Below are positions 60,001 to 64,000 of a stretch of DNA of 64,000 nt, one piece after another. The notes under the pieces are model-generated. The model was not told the DNA's origin. It worked only from the letters and a program-made list of their open reading frames with translations, and did no database searches. How positions within the stretch are numbered: the stretch's first letter is position 1; each line of letters starts with the position of its first letter. The stretch is from Eggerthellaceae bacterium (GTDB taxonomy: Bacteria; Actinomycetota; Coriobacteriia; Coriobacteriales; Eggerthellaceae), in assembly GCA_022791455.1 (NCBI GenBank), contig JAAVZC010000014.1, positions 209,119 to 273,118 of the forward strand, written 5' to 3'. The position numbers and the translations under genes are program-made.

Positions 60001-63000
60001 CGCCGATGACCTTACCGTCGGCGTCCTCCACCACTTCGATATTCTCCAGGTCGTCGACCCAGGCGACCGAGCCAGCCTCCTGCTTGTTCACGGCGAAGGT
60101 GCCGGAGTGGCGCAGCAGGGTGCCATCGTTGGCCTTGATCTCCTTCGAAATGAAGGTCTTCTGGCCGGTGACGCTGGCGTCCATCGTGCCGGCCAGGTAG
60201 TACCACTGGGTCAGCTCGACGGTGACGCCGGTCATCAGCTGGTCGGCCTTGTTGGTCATGGTCTTCAGCAGGCCGTCGAAGTCGCCGTCGCGCCACACTG
60301 CGCCCTGGATGGCGGTGGTGCCGAAGTAGCCGTAGCCCGCGGAGACGCGGTTCTCGTCGCGGCCGGTGGCCATGTCGAAGGCCACGGTGCCGTAGACGAT
60401 GTTGCCGTCGGCGTCCTTCATGGCACGCTTCTGGACGATCTGGTAGTTGTCGTCCTGGGTGTAGGTGGTCACGTTGCCGGCCAGAATGATCATGCCGTCC
60501 AGCGTGCTGTTCGAGGTGTTCACGGTCACGGAGGTGTCCGCGGTGCCCACCAGCTCGTCGGAGTCGGCGGTCTTCTTCGCCTGACCGGTCAGGTTGTTCC
60601 ACAGCAGCGGGTAGTTCGCCTCGTCGTAGACGCGCTCGGCGCTCAGGGTGCCGTCCGCCGCCAGCTTGTTGAAGGTCACATCGCTCAGGGTGCCGTCCGC
60701 CGCCTGGCCCAGCAGCGTAGTGCCAATGGTGTGGGCGGTGGAAGCGTACAGAGCGTCGGCCGCCTCCATCTTGGTGACGGGGAAGTTCACGGCATCAGCA
60801 TCCGTGCCGCCCTTCACCTCAACGGTGTAGCCGGCCAGGCGCTCCACGCCGTTAACGGCGATGTAGATGGGCAGGTTGGTGAACTCGTAGTAGCCGTCGG
60901 AATGGGTGCCGTTCTCGTCGGCCTCCATGGTCTGGGTGGTGAACACGGCGTCCTGCATGGTGGAGGTGGCGTCGTCGCCTTCGCCGCTGAATACCTCGAC
61001 GGTGTTCAGGATCCACTGGCCGCCGGTGCCGCCGTCGTAGGCCACGGTGCCCGCGGGCGCACCCGCGATAGCGTTGCCGTTGCCGTCGGCCGGCACGAAG
61101 TACCACTGCTTCAGGGTAACAGTCTTGCCCACCAGGCCGTGCTCGTTGTAACCGGTGCCGTCGATGGAGAAGCGCACCGTCTCGTCGGCGTCGTAGTCCA
61201 CCAGCGCCGGGTTCTCGTCGTTGGCGTGAGCGATACCGTCGTAGTCGGCGTCGGCCCACACGTAACCAGAGATGGTCTGGGTGGGAATCTCCATGAAGCC
61301 GGCGTCGGAATGGGTGCGGCTGGCGCCCTTCGCCAGGTCGTAGTTCAGGGTGGCGGCCGCGGTGCCGGTGAAGGCGCCGTCGGTGTAGCCAGCGGCCAGG
61401 TTGTCGCCAGCCAGCGTCTGGGCCTTGGTGAGGGTCTTCACCACGGTGCCGTCTTCCGCCAGCAGCATTACGTCGCGGGCGTCCGCGTCATGGCCCGGAG
61501 TGGCGGCCACGGCCACGCCGTCCACCGCTTCCACGGCGGGACGACGACCATAGCGGTCGGTCTCATTCTGAGCCTTGTTATAAGAGTTAGCCGCCGCCAC
61601 ATAGGAGCCATCAGCGCCCTGAGTGTTGGACTTCTGGCTGACGTAGCGCACCCAGGTGTTGCCATCGGGGTTCAGTACGTCGCTGGCCTGATAAGCCTCG
61701 TCGTCCGCCACGTTCAGCAGCACGGCGTACTCGTCGGCGCTCATCAGGTAGCCGGTCTTGTAGTCCAGGTCGGAGTCGATGGTGTAGTTCGGCTGCGCCT
61801 CGTCCACGCGCCAGTTGGCGGCCAGCAGGTTGCGGCTGCGGAACTTCTCGTCGGAGATGCGCACCTTGTAGCCGTAGATGACGCGCTCGGCCGTGCCATC
61901 GCCATCGATGTCGCGCAGGTCGGAGGACTTCAGGTTGGTGAAGGCGAACTTGCCGTTCTCGTCGGTCATGGTGTTGGCGTAACCGAGCTTGGTGAAGCTC
62001 CAGTCGTTATGGGTGGCCGGGTCGTTGTCCGTCCAATCCTTACCCACGCCGGGGAACATCTGGTTGCGGGCAGCGCCGGAAGCGGTGGTGCCGGTGGCGT
62101 TGTACGGACGGTACTTGTCGCCGTACTCGGCCGGGTACTCGTCGGCCCACTGGGTATCCCACTGCCATTCGCCGGCAGCCGCATTGTAGTAGTAGCGCTC
62201 CAGCGACACCTGGACCGGTTCGGGGGCAGGCTCGGCGCCGCCGTCGAAGTTGTCCATCATGCCGTTGTTGTTCTTGTCCAGCCACACGTAACCGGTGATG
62301 GACTCGTACGGCGGGCGAACCTCGCCCACGTCGCCGCCGCGGAAGCCGTTCTCTTCCGTCTCGGCCGCTTCCTTCATCCAGTCGTACTTGTCGGTGGTGT
62401 CGGCCATGTTATTGCCGTTTTCCACGTCCTCGGTGGTGTTGGAGTTGCCGGGCTCGCCCGCCGCCAGCTTCTGGGACAGGATGATCTGGCCGTTCAGCTG
62501 ACGGGTCTGGGTCTCTTCGCCGGCATCCGCCGCGGTGCCCTGCTGCTGGGCCACAATGTAGCCGGCGGCGATGCCCTTATTGGACTCGTCCAGGGTGGCC
62601 ACGTCGGAGTCGTACATGATGTCCTGCTTCGGGGTCACCGTCTCGGCATCGGTGTCGCCGTCGCCGTAGGTGCGGCTGCGGGTGAGCAGCCACTTGTCAG
62701 TCTCGCCGGTCAGCTCGTCGGTGGCGTTCAGGGCCGCGGTCTCTTCCATTTCCGGAATCTCCACACGGTACGCCGCCAGGTAGAACTCGTCGTAGCTGGC
62801 GTTTTGCACCACGCACACCGTCGGCAGCTTGTCGAAGGTGTACAGGCCGGCGCCCTTCAGGGTGTTGCCCACCAGGGTGCCTTCGGAGGTATCCACGGCC
62901 ACCACGCCGGTCAGCGCCGGGTCGGCGTCGCCCAGGTAGCGGCTGCCAGTCATGTAGGGCAGGTGCACGGGCACGCCGTTCACCATTTCGGTCTTGGCGG

Positions 63001-64000
63001 TGTAGCGGTCAACGCCGAACTCCAGGTTGCGGATCCACACGCCCTGCTTGATGCTGTCGGCAATCTCGTCCTCGGACAGCTGGCCGTCGCCGTCGGCGTC
63101 CTCGCCAATACCGTCGGTCACGCCGAAGGAGCCCATAACCAGGTTGGCATGGTTCTCCACGAAGCGCGCCCACTTCTCCGGCTTCACGTAGATCCACTGG
63201 GTCAGGCGCATCTCCTCGTTCGGGATGCCGGGCTCCAGGGCCTCGTCCAGCGTGCGGTTGCCCGCCTCGTCGATGATGGAGGCCTGAATGCCGTCGTAGT
63301 TGTAAGAGTCGTCCCACACGCGACCGGTGATCTTGCTCTTCAGCAGTTCCACCAGGCCAACGTCGCCGCCCTTGACCGCCTGCGGGGCCGGGCGCGGCAC
63401 GTCGTAGGCCTTGCCGTTGTAGAAGACCACGCTGCCAGTGGTGTCGGCGGTGCGGTACTGACCAGCGGCGGAAGCGGTGCGCTCCACCGTGGCGTTGGCG
63501 AAGTTGGCGGAATTGATGGTGGCGTCCATGGCCGCGTTCGCGGTGGAGGTGTGGCCGTCGGCATCCAGCTGCAGTTCGGCGGCTACGATGCTGTAGCCGT
63601 CCATGCGGTGGCTGGTGCCGTTCTTGGTCTGGCCGGCGTTCAGGTAAGCCTCGCCGTCCATTTCCTCGATGACGTTCACCACGTTGTCGTTGCCGCGCTT
63701 GGCGTCGGAGTCGGTCTCGATGCTGCCCAGGTGGTCAACGCCGTCCTCCATGGCCTGATGCGGGAAGGTGATGGCGTAGCTGGGCTCCACCTCGTCCAGG
63801 GTGACGCGGTAGCCGGTCATGAACACGCGATCGTTCGTCACCTGGCTGGCCTCGTAGGCGGAGGTGTACACGTGGGTCAAGGTGCCGTCGGTGGCCTTGC
63901 CGGTTTCGTCGAAGCCGCCGAAGTAAGCCTGCACGTCGCCCAGAACCGCGGTGGCGTCCTCGGCGTCCTTGTCCGCCTCGCGCACCACGTTGTCCACGTA
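48005..64000 (-). CDS. Giant surface-anchored adhesin-like protein (>5330 aa, 5' end outside window) with SdrD B-like and Listeria-Bacteroides (InlB B) repeats
   Basis: Frame open to the window edge; 14 I.G.VW.D.N.DG-type domain starts; three F.GWN..ADG.G..Y repeats; C-terminal FPKLGD, TM helix, RKRK. Confidence 0.92.
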   Translation of the reverse strand, partial: YVDNVVREADKDAEDATAVLGDVQAYFGGFDETGKATDGTLTHVYTSAYEASQVTNDRVFMTGYRVTLDEVEPSYAITFPHQAMEDGVDHLGSIETDSDAKRGNDNVVNVIEEMDGEAYLNAGQTKNGTSHRMDGYSIVAAELQLDADGHTSTANAAMDATINSANFANATVERTASAAGQYRTADTTGSVVFYNGKAYDVPRPAPQAVKGGDVGLVELLKSKITGRVWDDSYNYDGIQASIIDEAGNRTLDEALEPGIPNEEMRLTQWIYVKPEKWARFVENHANLVMGSFGVTDGIGEDADGDGQLSEDEIADSIKQGVWIRNLEFGVDRYTAKTEMVNGVPVHLPYMTGSRYLGDADPALTGVVAVDTSEGTLVGNTLKGAGLYTFDKLPTVCVVQNASYDEFYLAAYRVEIPEMEETAALNATDELTGETDKWLLTRSRTYGDGDTDAETVTPKQDIMYDSDVATLDESNKGIAAGYIVAQQQGTAADAGEETQTRQLNGQIILSQKLAAGEPGNSNTTEDVENGNNMADTTDKYDWMKEAAETEENGFRGGDVGEVRPPYESITGYVWLDKNNNGMMDNFDGGAEPAPEPVQVSLERYYYNAAAGEWQWDTQWADEYPAEYGDKYRPYNATGTTASGAARNQMFPGVGKDWTDNDPATHNDWSFTKLGYANTMTDENGKFAFTNLKSSDLRDIDGDGTAERVIYGYKVRISDEKFRSRNLLAANWRVDEAQPNYTIDSDLDYKTGYLMSADEYAVLLNVADDEAYQASDVLNPDGNTWVRYVSQKSNTQGADGSYVAAANSYNKAQNETDRYGRRPAVEAVDGVAVAATPGHDADARDVMLLAEDGTVVKTLTKAQTLAGDNLAAGYTDGAFTGTAAATLNYDLAKGASRTHSDAGFMEIPTQTISGYVWADADYDGIAHANDENPALVDYDADETVRFSIDGTGYNEHGLVGKTVTLKQWYFVPADGNGNAIAGAPAGTVAYDGGTGGQWILNTVEVFSGEGDDATSTMQDAVFTTQTMEADENGTHSDGYYEFTNLPIYIAVNGVERLAGYTVEVKGGTDADAVNFPVTKMEAADALYASTAHTIGTTLLGQAADGTLSDVTFNKLAADGTLSAERVYDEANYPLLWNNLTGQAKKTADSDELVGTADTSVTVNTSNSTLDGMIILAGNVTTYTQDDNYQIVQKRAMKDADGNIVYGTVAFDMATGRDENRVSAGYGYFGTTAIQGAVWRDGDFDGLLKTMTNKADQLMTGVTVELTQWYYLAGTMDASVTGQKTFISKEIKANDGTLLRHSGTFAVNKQEAGSVAWVDDLENIEVVEDADGKVIGAWIRNANFGDKVYSTDDPDTEDDESGVFEGYAGKKVTKTIMPQVFDPNLNSTVPNAQAWNYQFDELMPYVAFEADADGALGAPLAASQETLLGIANATDDFLAPAAYRVTVPNLPDKHVLTAYHVNDPNNNTENDSDAKRDLLRLDAKGDGTVTSYPQFTAENPLVQKDGGYAEGTGFILVANSGSAVADFAGATASAVANPNAVDEDATPYFANFGGVDYDLAHQVPVRRQVNTGIYKIPTSVVTGVVWDDTEKAENTAADGKRDEGEEGLANQTVLITQWFYADKDATLADGTVVKAGEWYQSTGFGSEWLTTYEVPATAIDPTDPNASATVRKPVVTGGVSQADKAGNKSVVATKTYDGNKTIVYETFTGDVTGVANSAAAGQEMADKAQANVPTGSPLSYQVNTPEKGRYIFDNLPTAVARTDENGMDVYFLAGYKVELAETNDTSRAKNDPWHLTSLYQYAPDADGQTQEESDANVLDLDDAAATMAGDYRILKRYTENGTTALRGNDGLVIPSTALTADEAAAVSNPLAKLDVNAGDAMDTTGAATYRWTAPLTYAEAGDVGEIAPAYAAIAGYVWCDNNYRDGTYSFTATTGNDPFFNPYTQADVELEAAEQGYYNDGSTAANAKTVYLRQWYYVPNNGTGWFNAVPADASLMLVRADGTTMSDRAAMTTAVINDARGAWVSSPSVNGGYSSDRTDEAHFYFQRTITTGANTAKGTKDGYYEFTNLPVRVIVNGEEYLAGYTVSVLGNWTLMDTYAEVDHTGDYNIFNKDVTIEGHNYKNANYPEVDITDEWNSKARSMVRSGVTGVVDSTARYGTEVFPVRRSTTDSNDGNIHTMDSLLVLAGSTDTDAEKLAGTKAALNPTQYSAGVSQATAPLANNAGATFDLTFAKSEKRMNAGFIEPPSAPIAGWVWDDANYDGIRQPGEYVENDEDGTVTLTSGERGIEGVVLAVSRYFYSPTADGGKGGWYKLEGDDLTVVTDKYGHYVTEKMPTKVSLRFAKNADGTAGEVLGVADTSNGGDGELSADELVEERLAGYKIEIRQLPEGASLTRPHMGTYDLNDAENAEKNTITSESDVYRTTNGADGAGYSPDQHLALVNRQLEYTGGAHEGTQPQVRDDGMILTAVRQQVEGVDEKYIVEYKGVKYDISSNVVEAEGGDAGLVYIPETTLTGMVWDDSYVAEDDPVADVAAKSRSYNGVRETWTDADGNVHSEPGLSGRTMLLSQWQYNKSTNSTDKSAGTWNRNDDFGDTAGHVTWGWVDDDNDPDTPDVWQRIVEDNAGTSREGFRSTVTGNRVLSDEYGVTDWTWTESTDPNMPDDRDWHTAVNDTVAEGDAVATAAADGSVKMDDNGNYIFDKLPTAAVEVQADVPGTEIQETAAGRIGAPGQLVLWTTPFDVDNNKRPSSTVALPNLYGDDYYLLSYQLEIAGLSNDYNNGAFLATRYHNAADASQLPVDSDLASTVRNGVGSTAAGITDRGMAITDIHTVTGVEGGASDTATGTRVAKGDATANDGGRIVLASEATDKTHLLFAGNYIKLPLDQLVRDEETGTDFAGTTNYDWLTVDTHTVKVTEAGENLPGTTTVAGGNAGVVKPELKRITGVIWHDENNNGIQDKKEDGSGNFEDALNGYQVSLERYYSVNGSGAWVKDNDFGRTVRTGNVLMDEFAGGDALIAGALGEYIQGTDLYRSGTYEFDKLETSGVVTVGGTEQWVVYGYKVKVTDPRVTRGQVLKAKCRVTVNEEGDDVAYTQDSDLFGTNYAVDGNEYIVLLDQVDVNGQTADGQTTQASNMIAAPASNNADVANVLGDREPMTRGNLVVYDLMSGFDRDHNDGGVIPVPTYKISGFLYEDADYDGLYNYIPETRTDTATDETVSYVEKGYNKKSVYLQKWFYVPNSGTGWDAIIPAGATAHWVLSDGTVVAAKPAAADVAAAKGAWVMLDASNAATPKLSFYNGSSVETSAPIAGRVETKTDTYKNITGSEVSYRKALTTATGTADVDEEGALQYATESTDVDGYFQFSGLPTAGFLEDADGNRTWYLMGYTLEVDGSNAENGMFSLLVTSYEWQTTPADAINSDVQPMLTENEEGEAEWLGYNTGNYPVLLDESTVQTGSGKHHTDWVETVVGADGKTTSITHNGAAANPNAGLETDGVSIWGNDAQIAQRVEGGVVRLNGISKNALDGKLVLAGMASADTAPNQRVSGTRNTGTAGAVNNVNYAFDFGIGQDQSAMNAGYAPPDHTNLYGAVWFDKGYTGIYDEENGLAGFKVALSQYYFVPTYNDAGYQLFEDEDGNLFYYASDTVGGKSYLHLQENKGANVIQGQGVDGARTVYLVRSGRAYNYQDLVDSGARKLFASGTWVLNKNFNGNGGEYRSASVAFDGNAAGLVGADGNPAVDENGDPIVVTGATAAIDGTNGASVTLPDCGFAAAGFHFIGWNTASDGTGTLYQPGESFTLSEDAAKGILYAMWEADEATTFAALRTFASRLMAANVISTEANEVSAVEKSRVAEGANTAAAANGIATYADDATTAPAKTEDWELVTLTQEKGEYRFYDLPAYVAVDDDVEPDEITNNAVLDGKVYQPQSEWNRLDRYQKGAVAVKGPDGNVLYYEAPAGFDRYDTATPYLVGYSVRVINDDPETAQYMVSKYHVDAPGERTSDITEFNASLNGDYNVDGSQEEAFAVVAQESKKESDIDFGTDRYEIIYRGVRYDLANRLYEKLAGDAGLVLQNPVLIAGKVWEDANADGLQDAENEVGIPGAVVKLERYWYDTSGLGSLEPQPGEETPDVTPDNTSLTEEQIAEIYALSGVDYPAAEGEELLLPEELDVAQVADMVAWMSDISDRVLEINQKIVDGVALTEDEKAFKASALNKLVTFERVYKNFVDGYWKWNNETGSFEFVDPDETLARALQTAIFAVSDDNMDDLVGEDQKGVWRRDWTFSQNDAVVMVEGNEVSADSLTGRLSDEDAINLVGEDGDERDEIFFDQTGAAYIPGAAFDETVSSGDWAFLAPGTGYHKVGSNVEFKVLYGYRARIISYPNADDYLHTVQHVGVNMTNVEGDVNSYDEYIEGTDAINSDYDYETQALRPNVADKKQASLLSDQATVDETLTDLEVGDLIVVTRLADDTERSFTSGPNAKFADINDEGVVTVTFDGNFPGCADKMDAVSGLMGETVAVPACDFTRPGYVFTGWNSAADGSGTAFAMGAEVPLTGAVETLYAQWQLDPALVGTDVEVTLDGNVDLFGSVEGDMAPLTVKFGDTMELPACDYTLADHVFTGWNTQADGNGTAYAAGESLLVNFTELTLYAQWTVPVVDTPETVQLFAMRSAMAPAAGARVTFPDPNETAEEAKARMTEKLLSIWGQPGDVATDQAAVDAAVAAGVEWIASATKAQLENMDEDYRLVIFGDPVDENGDGVQDTKVDENGEEYLVHLGNGFEELYNAYKARMAELNRETTNKWSDIKWRDSVNHDFGLVPVARQRISGIVWQDTNYNGVRDGSEGQRFANIPVTLERYMWTAKADGSMGWVADDKFNNSARAHTVSDGNGYWEFVELEVAGTGTNGATVYGYRAKVDSLPGGYGVTYLNRGADGEVDSDLNENNKILEPADPYDGMIILAERYDGDNPYDATNPKGPNGTIWMIGLGHDDDFNDTGLVPYATATIAGIMFNDPENDGLKGTTFEPIPAQTVYLDRMVIPMPDQLPVGFNAASYVATALKDITANGIVNNSGWTQVAQQVTGTDGSYRFEGLPMVDGNNQPYIYRVRANKPAESQFVAINRGNNDNNDSDWMNMVGSSSVGITCPMAVLGAFTTVRTTPNAYGQMFNLLEAYDWTPEVGRAVDLGVTGADLGKIPPLKKLFPKLGDNIWLLAALAAALLLALLLLILAWRKRKEDEEDDPEDPEGNNPETPEGPEDPTPTAGSPVLGIPEAPEGASPTGPEHPEGSEAPDASANPTTTPEDPTPTAGSPVLGTSGPEANGLTEPTPDCHPERSGEAAQSKDLNNPKGGDA
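48032..48077. repeat. Family B REP inside the 3' end of the giant protein gene
   Basis: GAGATCCTTCGACTGC...CGCTCAGGATGACAA, read as CHPERSGEAAQSKDL. Confidence 0.88.

Overview
GC-rich chromosomal window, very likely from a Coriobacteriia/Eggerthellaceae gut bacterium (Adlercreutzia/Eggerthella-like). This is inferred from gene content: multi-TM LuxR regulators, Tat-exported Dadh-type molybdoenzymes and a flavocytochrome-type reductase. The window holds an anaerobic-respiration hotspot: three catechol-dehydroxylase-like bis-MGD enzymes (one partial, two with 4Fe-4S partners), a Tat flavoprotein plus multiheme cytochrome, and a TorD chaperone. It also has three TM-LuxR regulators (one split by a single TAG), two LysR regulators, a Phd/RelE-type TA locus, glnA type III, metY/metA, rplM-rpsI, a PrsA-like foldase, and the 3' 16 kb of a giant (>5330 aa) surface protein. 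At least five intergenic repeat families occur, one of them inserted in frame into proteins. I found no rRNA, tRNA, CRISPR array or transposase. Best novel leads: (1) a small basic ORF whose terminator lies before its stop codon, a candidate ArfA/BrfA-like ribosome rescue factor; (2) two intact pseudoenzymes, CoaX-like and UvrD-like; (3) a promoter motif shared by two molybdoenzyme operons; (4) a 200-nt nested stem-loop leader on metY; (5) cassettes bounded by direct repeats. All family assignments come from motif recognition by eye; no database search was run.
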